Of a stretch of 64,000 nucleotides of DNA, positions 8,506 to 18,116 are shown one piece after another; positions within the stretch are counted from its first letter, which is position 1, and each line of letters opens with the position of its first letter. The notes beneath the pieces were generated by a model, which did not search any database, was not told where the DNA came from, and saw only the letters and a program-made list of their open reading frames with translations. Both the position numbers and the translations under genes were made by a program. The DNA comes from Escherichia phage HY01, in the sequence record NC_027349.1; one strand, 5' to 3'.

Positions 8506-10319
8506 TGGTGTTTAACCCTATGCATGATTTCTTTATTTTTGCCAAGATTAAATCCGCGTTCGTTCGGATTTCCCAAATAGCCACATGTTCTTCTTATTGT
8601 GTTCATCTTTTTAGGATCAGTTTCTCCACAAATAGAACAAACAAATCCGTTTTCAGTAGGAGTCATTTCATGGGTACTTCCACACGTAAAACATTTATCT
8701 ACTGGCATATTAACACCAAAATAATCTAAATGTTGTGCAGCATAATCCCATACAGCCTCAAGGCCTTTTAAGTTATTTTTCATATCAGGAAGTTCAACAT
8801 AAGAAATGTGACCACCTGTCGCAATGAAATGATACGGTGCTTCGCGAGAAATCTTTTCAAATGGAGTAATATTTTCTTCTACTGAAACGTGGAAACTGTT
8901 AGTGTACCAGCCTTTATCAGTAACATCTTTTACACTTCCATATTTTTCGGTATCAAGTTTACAGAAGCGATAGCACAGGTTTTCAGCAGGAGTAGAATAC
9001 AAACTAAAAGCAAATCCGGTTCTTTCTGTCCATTGTTTAAGATGAGTATTCATTTTAGTTAAAATTTCTTGCCCAATATCACGACCGACAAGAATATTCA
9101 ATTCGTGAATACCAATGTATCCTAGGGACACTGAACTTCTACCGTTTTTAAATAACTCAATTATATCGTCATCAGGTTTAAGACGAACCCCGAATGCACC
9201 TTCTTGGTAAAGAATAGGAGCAACAGTAGCTTTAACTCCTTTTAAGGAACTAATTCTACACATCAATGCTTCAAAACATAAATCCATTCGCTCATTGAAC
9301 AATTCGGCAAATTTCTGTTCATTGAACTGTGTTCCAATATAAGAATCTAGCGCAATGCGAGGAAGATTCAGTGTTACAACACCAAGATTATTACGTCCAT
9401 CAAGAATTTCATTACCAGTCGAATCTTTCCATACACTCAAGAAACTACGACAACCCATTGGAGAAACAGGAATAGATGAACCGGTGATAGCTTTATTGTT
9501 CTTAGCCGAAATGATGTCAGGATACATTCTTTTACTTGCACACTCTAGAGCAAGCTGCTTAATATCATAGTTCGGATCGTCTTTATAAAGATTAACACCT
9601 TCTTCAACGAACATAACAAGTTTAGGGAAAATAGGAGTTATCCCGTCACGACCAAGGCCTTTAATACGATTTTTCAGAATTGCTTTCTGAATCATTCGTT
9701 CAGTCCAGTCAGTTCCCGTACCAAATGTAATTGTTACAAAAGGCGTTTGTCCGTTTGAACTAAAGAGAGTATTTACTTCATATTCATAAGCTTGGAATGC
9801 ATCGTATACGTCTTTTTCTGTTTTAGATTGGGCATAATTCAACGCATCAGCGATTTGCCATTTTTCTGCATCCTCAATATGTTTTGCATAGGTGCGTTTA
9901 ACATAAGGAGAAAGTACTTTATCTACATTCGCAAAAGTCGTTCCACCGTATTGATGGGAAGCAACCTGTGCAGTAATTTGTGCCATAATTGCAGTAGCAA
10001 CGCCGATTGATTTAGGAGTTTCAATCTGTGCATTACCGAGCTTAAATCCGTTCTCAAGCATTCCTTTTAAATCTACTAAACAGCAATTAGTAAATGGAAG
10101 AGCAGGGGAATAATCAATATCATGGAAATGAATAATTCCGCTTTCATGCGCTTTCATAATAAAAGACGGGACCATATTTTTGGCAATGTGTTTAGACACA
10201 ATACCAGCCATAAGGTCCCGTTGAGTTGGAAAAACACGAGAATCTTTATTAGCATTCTCGTTTAAAAGGTCTTTATTAGTTTTATGAATCAATCCTTCAA
10301 TTTCTTTTTCAATTGTCAT
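8502..10319 (-). CDS. nrdD: Anaerobic ribonucleoside-triphosphate reductase (glycyl radical enzyme), uninterrupted
   Basis: 605 aa continuous ORF; C-terminal Zn ribbon CFTCGSTHE...CSICG and glycyl-radical motif RTCGYLG. Confidence 0.95.
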   Translation of the reverse strand: MTIEKEIEGLIHKTNKDLLNENANKDSRVFPTQRDLMAGIVSKHIAKNMVPSFIMKAHESGIIHFHDIDYSPALPFTNCCLVDLKGMLENGFKLGNAQIETPKSIGVATAIMAQITAQVASHQYGGTTFANVDKVLSPYVKRTYAKHIEDAEKWQIADALNYAQSKTEKDVYDAFQAYEYEVNTLFSSNGQTPFVTITFGTGTDWTERMIQKAILKNRIKGLGRDGITPIFPKLVMFVEEGVNLYKDDPNYDIKQLALECASKRMYPDIISAKNNKAITGSSIPVSPMGCRSFLSVWKDSTGNEILDGRNNLGVVTLNLPRIALDSYIGTQFNEQKFAELFNERMDLCFEALMCRISSLKGVKATVAPILYQEGAFGVRLKPDDDIIELFKNGRSSVSLGYIGIHELNILVGRDIGQEILTKMNTHLKQWTERTGFAFSLYSTPAENLCYRFCKLDTEKYGSVKDVTDKGWYTNSFHVSVEENITPFEKISREAPYHFIATGGHISYVELPDMKNNLKGLEAVWDYAAQHLDYFGVNMPVDKCFTCGSTHEMTPTENGFVCSICGETDPKKMNTIRRTCGYLGNPNERGFNLGKNKEIMHRVKHQ

Positions 10320-10789
10320 TTTAAACTCTTTCTAAGCTGCTTCTTAAATGAAGCTATTAATTGTGTTTTAGTGTCAGATTCATTATATTCAAATCCTCTT
10401 TGAAGCATCTCAGCCATCATTTCCTCTTTTCCTAAACGAGAAAATTCCTTTGATTTATCTCCAACGAAGTTAGGGTGAATATTATTTTGGGTGTAATCGG
10501 ATTTTAAATAAGTAAGTAAATTTTCTAACCATTCAAGATAATCAACACCTTGTCCCTTTAAGCCAGAACGATTAAATTTATGCTTCATTTGACCTTCTGC
10601 AGCATTACAGAGATTACACAGCAACCCACGTACCTTTCCTGCTTTTGGTCCATTTAATTCATGGTCATGGTCAAGGTGATTAGCTTGAACATCAGGATTT
10701 AGTTCTCGTTGGCAAATTAAGCATTTACCGTTTTGTGCATTATAAAATTTTTGTTTTTCTTCTTTGTACAATTTGCCAGTCAATAACAT
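10316..10789 (-). CDS. 49: Endonuclease VII (Holliday junction resolvase) gp49
   Basis: 157 aa; Cys cluster CLICQ...CNLCN and HLDHDH motif; length as in T4 gp49; 4-nt overlap with nrdD. Confidence 0.92.
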   Translation of the reverse strand: MLLTGKLYKEEKQKFYNAQNGKCLICQRELNPDVQANHLDHDHELNGPKAGKVRGLLCNLCNAAEGQMKHKFNRSGLKGQGVDYLEWLENLLTYLKSDYTQNNIHPNFVGDKSKEFSRLGKEEMMAEMLQRGFEYNESDTKTQLIASFKKQLRKSLK

Positions 10790-10795
10790 AATAAA

Positions 10796-10826
10796 ACCCT
10801 TACCTTGAATAGATAAGGGTATTTAT
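10796..10826 (-). promoter_or_regulatory. Hairpin (ACCCTTA...TAAGGGT) with U-run immediately upstream of gene 49 start
   Basis: Inverted repeat within 10 nt of the gene 49 ATG; could be a terminator for upstream transcripts or a structure affecting gene 49 translation. Confidence 0.35.
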
Positions 10827-10831
10827 TATTT

Positions 10832-11008
10832 TCAAGTATTGTAAAACATTCGATGCAATCGCTTATATTGTCGAATCATCTTTTTAGTAGGACGAGAATA
10901 AGTTCCTATACAAGTGGTCATATTAGGGTCAGTAGGACTTCCTTTAATAAAAAGTTTCCAAACCTTACCACCATTTAACTTTTCAGTATAAACCAATTCA
11001 GTTTTCAT
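10832..11008 (-). CDS. Small hypothetical protein (58 aa), below ORF-track cutoff
   Basis: Manual translation MKTELVYTEKLNGGKVWKLFIKGSPTDPNMTTCIGTYSRPTKKMIRQYKRLHRMFYNT; ATG overlaps upstream stop (TAATG). Confidence 0.3.
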   Translation of the reverse strand: MKTELVYTEKLNGGKVWKLFIKGSPTDPNMTTCIGTYSRPTKKMIRQYKRLHRMFYNT

Positions 11009-11472
11009 TAAAATGCTCGGTCAGAAAAAGAAATTTGAGTTTCAAGCCATTCAATATATTCTGCCGCAGCTTGCATCAAATTTCCTTCATAGCCATCGTT
11101 GTTTTCTTGCGCAGCTAATTTAGCTAATGCATATGAAATGCGTTCACCTTGAAAAGCGGCTTTAGGTTTATGAATAGCTTGATCAACTCGTTCTACAACT
11201 TCTTCAATTTCGCCATTTTCTACTGATTCAGTATTCCATAAGCACCAATACGTAATTGGCTTATCGTAGATGTTAATAATCTTTCCATCAGAAAGTTCAA
11301 TTTCAATAATTCCAGTATCAGGTTCTATATCATCTTCGCATTCTTTTGCGAGTTCACGAACTTTAAAGACAGTACCTGCACTAAGTTCTGGCCAATAATT
11401 ACATAGCCCTTTATCAGCACGATTAATTCTAAACCACTTATCTACTGTAATCATGTCCCATCTCCATATCAA
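11008..11472 (-). CDS. Hypothetical acidic protein (154 aa); in the position where T4 carries pin
   Basis: ORF track; assignment to pin is by synteny and size only. Confidence 0.5.
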   Translation of the reverse strand: MIWRWDMITVDKWFRINRADKGLCNYWPELSAGTVFKVRELAKECEDDIEPDTGIIEIELSDGKIINIYDKPITYWCLWNTESVENGEIEEVVERVDQAIHKPKAAFQGERISYALAKLAAQENNDGYEGNLMQAAAEYIEWLETQISFSDRAF

Positions 11473-11577
11473 TTAAGTCATTTATCGTAGGTTCATTATA
11501 TACTGTTTCTTCATCAGTGTAAACCGGTTCTTCCGGCTCTGGCTCTACTGTTTCCCATCTAGCCGCCCACCAGGGTT

Positions 11578-11898
11578 TTATAGCGTAATCCATTCTCGTA
11601 TTGTCTGAATTACTACACGTTCACGGGGCTCGACTAGTTCAACAGTCGGAACTGCATAATACCAGTCAGAATGGTAAGAACCTGAGCGAGTTTCATTTAC
11701 AGACACATGAACGTTATGTTTTGGACTAAAATAAACGCACTGCCGATATTGGCATTTGCCGTCTTGTACCCAATCTTCTATTTCGATAGGTTTAAGATAA
11801 TCCGAAAAATCGAAATCATAATTTTCTGAAAATGCATCATGGTCTTCGATGATTTCACTCAGAACTGCATCAACATCTAATTTATTTTCAGTATTCAT
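11578..11898 (-). CDS. Hypothetical protein (106 aa)
   Basis: ORF track. Confidence 0.5.
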   Translation of the reverse strand: MNTENKLDVDAVLSEIIEDHDAFSENYDFDFSDYLKPIEIEDWVQDGKCQYRQCVYFSPKHNVHVSVNETRSGSYHSDWYYAVPTVELVEPRERVVIQTIREWITL

Positions 11899-11908
11899 TT
11901 GTCACCAC

Positions 11909-12118
11909 TTAATTTCGCAATTTATTAAGTTCTTCATAATCAATCCAGGATTCTAATCCTGATGGCAAATCAGATTCAATTTCCCAAAGAAGTTCTTCAA
12001 TTTTCTGAAGACGATCTAGTTCTTCAGCAGAAATAGTAACCATTGACGGAGTTCTTGATGCACTAATATCATAAATCATATTTACCCCAGTTTGACCATA
12101 CAATCGCCATATTTCCAT
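11909..12118 (-). CDS. Hypothetical protein (69 aa)
   Basis: ORF track. Confidence 0.45.
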   Translation of the reverse strand: MEIWRLYGQTGVNMIYDISASRTPSMVTISAEELDRLQKIEELLWEIESDLPSGLESWIDYEELNKLRN

Positions 12119-12297
12119 TTAGAAATAGACTTTTCACCGTTAGAATAATAAACTTCGAGTTTAGCGCGGCCATTTTTAATTTGAATAACCTTTGCTGTCA
12201 TCAAAGTTCCATACCCATAGTAAACTGCAACCCCATCACCTACATATACCGCGCTTCCGCGGTAGTCATGGATATAATCAGTTCCTTCGAGCATCAT
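12082..12297 (-). CDS. Hypothetical protein (71 aa)
   Basis: ORF track; downstream of nrdC with 4-nt overlap. Confidence 0.45.
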   Translation of the reverse strand: MMLEGTDYIHDYRGSAVYVGDGVAVYYGYGTLMTAKVIQIKNGRAKLEVYYSNGEKSISKWKYGDCMVKLG

Positions 12298-12557
12298 TTA
12301 AAGTATTCCCGCAATTGGTCAAATCCACCAATATGACTTCCATCAGGAGCAAATACTTGTGGCATCGTCAAACCAATTTGAGTATCACGACCTAGTTTCG
12401 TCAGAAGCTCAGCGATTTTCTCATCATCAAAAACACCTTTTTCCGGCATAATGTTGATAAATTCAAACGGCTGTTTCTTCACAGTCAAAAGACGTTTTGC
12501 ATTATCGCAATACACACATTTATGAATGTTGCTATCATAACCATATACTTTAAACAT
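12294..12557 (-). CDS. nrdC: Phage thioredoxin/glutaredoxin NrdC
   Basis: 87 aa; CVYC active site; length as T4 NrdC. Confidence 0.9.
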   Translation of the reverse strand: MFKVYGYDSNIHKCVYCDNAKRLLTVKKQPFEFINIMPEKGVFDDEKIAELLTKLGRDTQIGLTMPQVFAPDGSHIGGFDQLREYFK

Positions 12558-12558
12558 A

Positions 12559-12816
12559 TTATTCCTTAATTCCTAGTACTTGTTTAAAAGTCTCGTCGTA
12601 ATCAAGACTTTGACCTGTTTGTTCTTTATGTTTGTATATAATATCACTTACTTCTGATAGCATATTTTTATATGAACGAGTTAAAGCAGATTTAAGCACG
12701 CTGTATCTATCAGGAAATTTACCATGTTCATTATAATACGCTATTGCTAATTCACGGACTGCCTTTTCAGCAATCTCCATATATTCTTTACGCTTTTTCA
12801 TTTTCTTCTCGGTCAA
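12559..12816 (-). CDS. Hypothetical protein (85 aa)
   Basis: ORF track. Confidence 0.5.
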   Translation of the reverse strand: MTEKKMKKRKEYMEIAEKAVRELAIAYYNEHGKFPDRYSVLKSALTRSYKNMLSEVSDIIYKHKEQTGQSLDYDETFKQVLGIKE

Positions 12817-13105
12817 ATCGGTGTTTGCAATGACGACATTTATAACGAAGAATACTAGTCTGCCAATGAACTAATTGTACCTGTTCAGTACCGCATTCAG
12901 GACAACTAGGAACGTTTTTAGAAGCCCTTTCACGACGTTCAACCATAACCATAATGGCATCCCAAGCTGGAGGTTTAAAGTCTAAATCATCGCAACCATG
13001 AATCTTTCCACGCATTTCTAAATCGTCTTCTTCACCAGCCATAATAATTTTAATTAGACTGGAATTACTTGAAGCTGCAATATCTTCTAATAGACGCTTT
13101 TTCAT
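12788..13105 (-). CDS. Zinc-ribbon-containing small protein (105 aa)
   Basis: CPECG...CRHCKH (CxxC-x17-CxxC) at C-terminus. Confidence 0.5.
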   Translation of the reverse strand: MKKRLLEDIAASSNSSLIKIIMAGEEDDLEMRGKIHGCDDLDFKPPAWDAIMVMVERRERASKNVPSCPECGTEQVQLVHWQTSILRYKCRHCKHRFDREENEKA

Positions 13106-14031
13106 TTCAATACCTCAATAGCATTACGTAAACCATTTGCTTTTGCATTAAGAGCTTTTAACAATTTAGTGTGTTCGGCAATCTGAGCTTCAACTTCAAC
13201 TAGTCGAGATTTGAGGTATTCACGTTCTTCGCTCAAGTTATCAACCTTTTCTACTTTAGGTTCTTTTACAACTGGCTTATATGTATTAGGGTTCTTCAGT
13301 TTAATTAGAATGCGTGAACTGTATAACATTGAACCATTATCTTCGGTTTCGTCATACATTTCTACTACGTCCATGATTTTTAACATCATGCGGAGTTTAT
13401 AAGATAACGAACGAATAGTTTTGTTGTGCTTATTAATTTCTCTAGAGTTCATGGTGCCGAGATTACGTGAGTAATAATAAGGAACCTGGATATTAATTAA
13501 TACTGATGAACCACCTGGCTTATGTGTTACTTCATCAGCAATAACCCAATCCTTAACATGAACTGTATTTGTACGGTCATCGCCCGCGGTAAATAGTTTG
13601 CGAGCATGCTTAAAAAGCATATTCACTTGGTCATTGAATTGACAAGTAAATTTATCAGCAAATTTAGTTTCAGGAATGGTAGATAACCAATCAGCCAAAT
13701 GGGTCTTTTTAACATCGTTAACAATAGTAAATTCAACCAAATCAGTTATAGATGTCTCAGATTTAATAAAGCTCGGCTTCATAAAGTTTTTAATGTTATC
13801 GCGAGCTACAGTAGAAGATAACATACGAGAACGTTTAAACCATTGAAGCAAATTGCCTAATGAATGAGAATAGGCGTTCTGAGTATCTTTACAGATATGA
13901 TTTTCCTGCCCAACATATTGAAGGAAATCACGAAGAATATTATTGATTACTGCTCTGTGCCCGATTTGATAATTACGGTGTTTAGTAATAAGACTGTCAA
14001 AATAATCAATATAATGTTTACGAGTTTTCAT
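13102..14031 (-). CDS. Hypothetical protein (309 aa) with C-terminal coiled coil; first of four tandem genes of similar architecture
   Basis: C-terminal heptad-like segment ...[44 protein letters not shown]. Confidence 0.6.
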   Translation of the reverse strand: MKTRKHYIDYFDSLITKHRNYQIGHRAVINNILRDFLQYVGQENHICKDTQNAYSHSLGNLLQWFKRSRMLSSTVARDNIKNFMKPSFIKSETSITDLVEFTIVNDVKKTHLADWLSTIPETKFADKFTCQFNDQVNMLFKHARKLFTAGDDRTNTVHVKDWVIADEVTHKPGGSSVLINIQVPYYYSRNLGTMNSREINKHNKTIRSLSYKLRMMLKIMDVVEMYDETEDNGSMLYSSRILIKLKNPNTYKPVVKEPKVEKVDNLSEEREYLKSRLVEVEAQIAEHTKLLKALNAKANGLRNAIEVLK

Positions 14032-14083
14032 GTTCTTCTCACTTGGTTAATGATTTATACTCCGAGCCATCCTTGGCTTTAAA

Positions 14084-15085
14084 TTACTTAATTAACTGTA
14101 AAGCTTGTTCAAGACGATCCAGGCGATTAACAGATTCTTCCCAAATCCTTTTAGCCTGCTCATATTCTTTCTGCGCTTTATTAGAAATTTCTAGAGCTTC
14201 TTTATAAGCTTTTTCTAATGCAATAACTTCTGGACGAATTTCTACCGATTCAGGTGAATCATCAAGATTATCCATTAGTTCCTCAAGGGTAGTTTCTTCT
14301 TTAGGGGTATTCACAATTTCCTCACATTTTTGTTGGTAAATTTCTTTATCAGTAAGTGAGTACGCACATTTCACTTCACGAAGACTAACTACAATTTTAT
14401 ATCCTTCCCAACCGCACATATTCTTAAAAGGATAAGTATGAATATTTTCTACTGTTTCCATACAAAGTAATGCGGTTTCTAATTGACGAGTTATAGTGCT
14501 AGCAATTGAGAAAAATTTATTAATATTCTTTTGGTTAGTTTCTGGTGTAAAAAATCCATAATTCACAAAAATAGATACTTTATTTTTATCAAGTTCATAT
14601 TCTTTTATGATAATCATATCAGAAGCCAAAGGATGAATTTGACGATAATCGCCATAACATAATTTAGAAGCTGATTTTAGAATCTGTCCTTTGAAAAGTC
14701 TGAAATTACTAATCCAACGACGAGTAAAAATATTCTCAGGGTCTTCTTTATTATTAAGATGATAAGAATTAACATCACCGAACCAATTATATCCTACTAC
14801 ATCTTTAGTTCGTTTAATTTCTTTCCCAAATTTACCAAGAATATCCCGATTAACCAAATATGAAAGAAGACGAGACTCTTTAAAGGTTTTCTTGATAACA
14901 TCTTTATCTACACGGCTAGAAATTTTACGAATTTCATGAATAAATTTAGTAGAAGAAACAATACTTGCATCAACACTATTGAGCCATTGATTGATAATAG
15001 AAAGAACGATATTTTGGCCAAACATCGGTATAGCTTTATCATCAATAACGCTATTAAATGATTTGATATATTCGTCACGAGTCAT
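14084..15085 (-). CDS. Hypothetical protein (about 333 aa) with C-terminal coiled coil
   Basis: Track ORF extends to 15136, but a GAGGAG site precedes the Met at 15085 (MTRDEYIKSF) and a promoter-like element overlaps the longer N-terminus. Confidence 0.6.
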   Translation of the reverse strand: MTRDEYIKSFNSVIDDKAIPMFGQNIVLSIINQWLNSVDASIVSSTKFIHEIRKISSRVDKDVIKKTFKESRLLSYLVNRDILGKFGKEIKRTKDVVGYNWFGDVNSYHLNNKEDPENIFTRRWISNFRLFKGQILKSASKLCYGDYRQIHPLASDMIIIKEYELDKNKVSIFVNYGFFTPETNQKNINKFFSIASTITRQLETALLCMETVENIHTYPFKNMCGWEGYKIVVSLREVKCAYSLTDKEIYQQKCEEIVNTPKEETTLEELMDNLDDSPESVEIRPEVIALEKAYKEALEISNKAQKEYEQAKRIWEESVNRLDRLEQALQLIK

Positions 15086-15113
15086 ATTAATCTCCTCAGT
15101 AGAAAGTAAGAAC

Positions 15114-15143
15114 ATTATACCACATCCTTGTGGCAAAGTAAAC
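15114..15143 (-). promoter_or_regulatory. T4-type early promoter-like element (GTTTAC...TATAAT)
   Basis: Minus-strand GTTTAC at 15143-15138, TATAAT at 15119-15114, 18-nt spacer. Confidence 0.4.
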
Positions 15144-16159
15144 TAGTTTAGTGCATTTAGTGCATTGTTCAGTTTAGAACGTTGCTTCGTAAGATTTTTG
15201 ACTTTTTCTTGAGCTTTTTCTAGCATCTTTTCAGCTTCTAACACTTCATTAGTTGCTTTAACTAGTTCATCATCTACTGCTTTAAGAGAATTCTCAATCG
15301 CATCTGCATGCCATTTTTCAACAGGTTTAAGACTCGGATTTTCAACAGGAAGAAAATTCACTTTATTGAATTTCCATGCATCCTTATTACCTGAACTATA
15401 CATCCAAAATTTAGGATCGTTTGATGAGTAATTGGATAAATTTAAATTTAAGTTATCTTGCACTTCTTGCTTTTTCTCTTGCGTGACTTCATCCTTTCTC
15501 AAAAAATCGTATTTAAATGAAACGATCATATCAAGTTCATATGTTGTTGTGTCTAATAAACGAGGTAAAATCTTAGACTGAACAGCGGCAACAACATCCA
15601 TATACTTAAATGCTTCTGTCAACTGCGATTTAAGGCATTCGCAAATTGAAAGAGAATTTTTTGTATTAGGTTTAAAGCTAATTCGTGCAGTTCTGTTATT
15701 TTCTTTTAATGGTCTTACTTCCATCTGAAGAGTATAACCATCAAATTTCAAGTTCTTTAAGTTAATATCAGAACCTTTTAATCGACTCGCAGTTGATAAA
15801 ATTTGCTTTAATTGTCTACGGAACAGAGCAATAAATCTCCATTCAATACGATAATGATTTGGATTGAAAAATCCAGATGATAAATCGACCTTACTTTGAC
15901 CAACGCCTTGAACAAATAAAGGATTTTTATAATCAATAGTTTTACAGAAATCGGTGAGTTGCTCACGAGCAGTCATTTGTGTAATATATCCCGCTTTACT
16001 AAAATTACGCACCCATTCACTGCTATTCGTATACTTAAAGTGATGAATAACACGATTAACTTTATCAGGGTCTAAATTATTTTCACACAAAAATGTCATA
16101 ACATCACAAGTATAACTGGCATTACGAACCATATCTTCAATTTGAGAACGAGTTTTCAT
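15143..16159 (-). CDS. Hypothetical protein (338 aa) with C-terminal coiled coil
   Basis: C-terminus ...ENSLKAVDDELVKATNEVLEAEKMLEKAQEKVKNLTKQRSKLNNALNALN. Confidence 0.6.
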   Translation of the reverse strand: MKTRSQIEDMVRNASYTCDVMTFLCENNLDPDKVNRVIHHFKYTNSSEWVRNFSKAGYITQMTAREQLTDFCKTIDYKNPLFVQGVGQSKVDLSSGFFNPNHYRIEWRFIALFRRQLKQILSTASRLKGSDINLKNLKFDGYTLQMEVRPLKENNRTARISFKPNTKNSLSICECLKSQLTEAFKYMDVVAAVQSKILPRLLDTTTYELDMIVSFKYDFLRKDEVTQEKKQEVQDNLNLNLSNYSSNDPKFWMYSSGNKDAWKFNKVNFLPVENPSLKPVEKWHADAIENSLKAVDDELVKATNEVLEAEKMLEKAQEKVKNLTKQRSKLNNALNALN

Positions 16160-16167
16160 AGTGTTCC

Positions 16168-17094
16168 TTAAGATTTAAGTAAATCAACAATTTTAATTAA
16201 TTTTTCACGCTCAGATTTAGCTTTATTACTCAATCCAGATAGTCTGAAAATTTCATCGTCATACTGTTGAATAGAAATATTCAGCTCTTCAATTTGCTTA
16301 TTAAAATAATCAATTTGTTCAGAATGTTTTTCATTACTACGAACTGGTACAGGTTTTGTAGGCAATTTAGTTGAACTGGATTCATCCGGGCGATAAATTA
16401 AAATACAACTTGAACCAATCGGGCATTTAGCACCAGACGTATATTCTAATGTTCCAGCTTCTTTTAAAACTTCAAAAGCTAAACAGAGATGATGCCCCAT
16501 ATTAGCATAATCTGTAGAGTGAGCTCTGATGTAATAATCATCTCCACGAATACTAAATTTAAAGCATTTAAGGTCTTCTGTATTATTGGTCTTAAAAATC
16601 ATTTGTTTATCTAGACCTTTAGCTAATCGAGCGCCTAATGCTAATAATCGTCTTTGATTTTCCCACAAATCCGCTATCATTTGATCGAATGATAATTTTG
16701 GCATCAGTCGACCATAAAGGTCATATCCTTTATTATAATTACGAAGGATTTCACTCGCGTTAATACGAGACAATGCTCCAATTTTATTAAGGGCTTTCAT
16801 AATGCGATTAGATAAACTCATTCCAGATCCGCTTGTTCGCTGCAAATGTTTTTCTAATCCAAATCCAATATCAACTTTAAACTTATCTAAAATTTCGGCA
16901 TGAACATCTTTATCAATAACATTCAAATCCAAAGTTGGGTTAAATCTATGAAAAAATTTATCTGGCTCTCCACGACGAAGTACAGTCCATTCATTCATCA
17001 TTTTTTTATTAACTAAAGATTTAATTACTGCATTGACATTATTAATTACTACTGACATATTTTCCTCACTCAATTTCAATTTTACTAAATACAC
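16168..17094 (-). CDS. Hypothetical protein (308 aa) with C-terminal coiled coil
   Basis: C-terminus ...QIDYFNKQIEELNISIQQYDDEIFRLSGLSNKAKSEREKLIKIVDLLKS. Confidence 0.6.
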   Translation of the reverse strand: MYLVKLKLSEENMSVVINNVNAVIKSLVNKKMMNEWTVLRRGEPDKFFHRFNPTLDLNVIDKDVHAEILDKFKVDIGFGLEKHLQRTSGSGMSLSNRIMKALNKIGALSRINASEILRNYNKGYDLYGRLMPKLSFDQMIADLWENQRRLLALGARLAKGLDKQMIFKTNNTEDLKCFKFSIRGDDYYIRAHSTDYANMGHHLCLAFEVLKEAGTLEYTSGAKCPIGSSCILIYRPDESSSTKLPTKPVPVRSNEKHSEQIDYFNKQIEELNISIQQYDDEIFRLSGLSNKAKSEREKLIKIVDLLKS

Positions 17095-17473
17095 AGAATA
17101 TGATTGAACAGACTACATAAGCACCGCACACAGATTGAACTAATACCATCCCAAAGAACCAAACAATATTATCAAACAATGTCTGTTTTACGTCGAAAGG
17201 ACGTAAACTTACAGTAATATTATCACCTTTTTCTATTGAAGAATACATCTCTGGGGAAATATATTCACTAAATCTATAACCGTCTTTGAGTTCATATACG
17301 GCAATAAACGATAAACTAGACCCTTTTCCTTGTGTTCCTGTAATAGTATTAACTACAGTAACATCATAATCTTTATAATGCATATAATCATTAATTGCGT
17401 AATAACCATATGCAACTACTACACATAAACAACATATCAATAAATTCAATCTTTTAATTATCAACTGTTTCAT
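17066..17473 (-). CDS. Membrane protein (135 aa), N- and C-terminal hydrophobic helices
   Basis: LLICCLCVVVAYGYYAI and FFGMVLVQSVCGAYVVCSIIFCVF segments. Confidence 0.55.
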   Translation of the reverse strand: MKQLIIKRLNLLICCLCVVVAYGYYAINDYMHYKDYDVTVVNTITGTQGKGSSLSFIAVYELKDGYRFSEYISPEMYSSIEKGDNITVSLRPFDVKQTLFDNIVWFFGMVLVQSVCGAYVVCSIIFCVFSKIEIE

Positions 17474-17528
17474 AATAATCTCAATTAAAAGGGCTTAGAA
17501 CCATTATACCATCCTTGGTATAAAGCGG

Positions 17529-18056
17529 TTATGCGAGTACCGTCTTTAACCGTTCTTCAAACTTCCGAAGAGTATTTTGGCGTTCAGCTCTTTGCTTTTT
17601 GTAAGTTTCAATACGCTCTGAAATGAGAGTGTATCGTTCATTTACTGATTCTTTCATAAAATCAGGAATTTCACGAGAAGCTTTAATCTCATCAAATTTA
17701 TCAATAACAGCTTGCTCTTCAGCAATTAAGTTATCATACATTAAAATATCTTTCTTGATGAACTCAATATCTTCTTGAGTTACACGAGATAATTTAGATG
17801 CTTTATCCTTTTTGTACTGTTCGTTAGTATCACGAGACCAATGTAATGTACGATTTTTATTCGTATTCTTGTAAATTTCTACAATACCAATCTCATCGAT
17901 AATAACGATCCAATTCCAACGGGATTTATAAATTTGTCCTCCATCAACTGTGATTTCACCTCCGATTGAGATGTCATTAAAGAACTTGCTTTGTGCTTCA
18001 GATTTAAATTTACCATCGTTGTAATTTACCAAGTTGAAAATATCTTTAGCATTCAT
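17529..18056 (-). CDS. Hypothetical protein (175 aa) with C-terminal coiled coil
   Basis: ORF track; preceded by a consensus early promoter and RBS GGAGGAAC. Confidence 0.55.
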   Translation of the reverse strand: MNAKDIFNLVNYNDGKFKSEAQSKFFNDISIGGEITVDGGQIYKSRWNWIVIIDEIGIVEIYKNTNKNRTLHWSRDTNEQYKKDKASKLSRVTQEDIEFIKKDILMYDNLIAEEQAVIDKFDEIKASREIPDFMKESVNERYTLISERIETYKKQRAERQNTLRKFEERLKTVLA

Positions 18057-18084
18057 TTTGTGTTCCTCCGTAGTTGATAGTTGT

Positions 18085-18114
18085 ATAGTACCACAGAGGA
18101 ACAGTCTTGTAAAC
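18085..18114 (-). promoter_or_regulatory. T4-type early promoter (GTTTAC -35, TACTAT -10) followed by conserved leader ACAACTATCAACTAC
   Basis: Minus-strand GTTTAC 18114-18109, TACTAT 18090-18085. Confidence 0.55.
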
Positions 18115-18116
18115 CA

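Noticed and set aside
8502-10319. Group I intron / I-TevIII in nrdD
   Set aside because: Looked for because T4 has one; the ORF is continuous at the expected 605 aa with intact C-terminal motifs.
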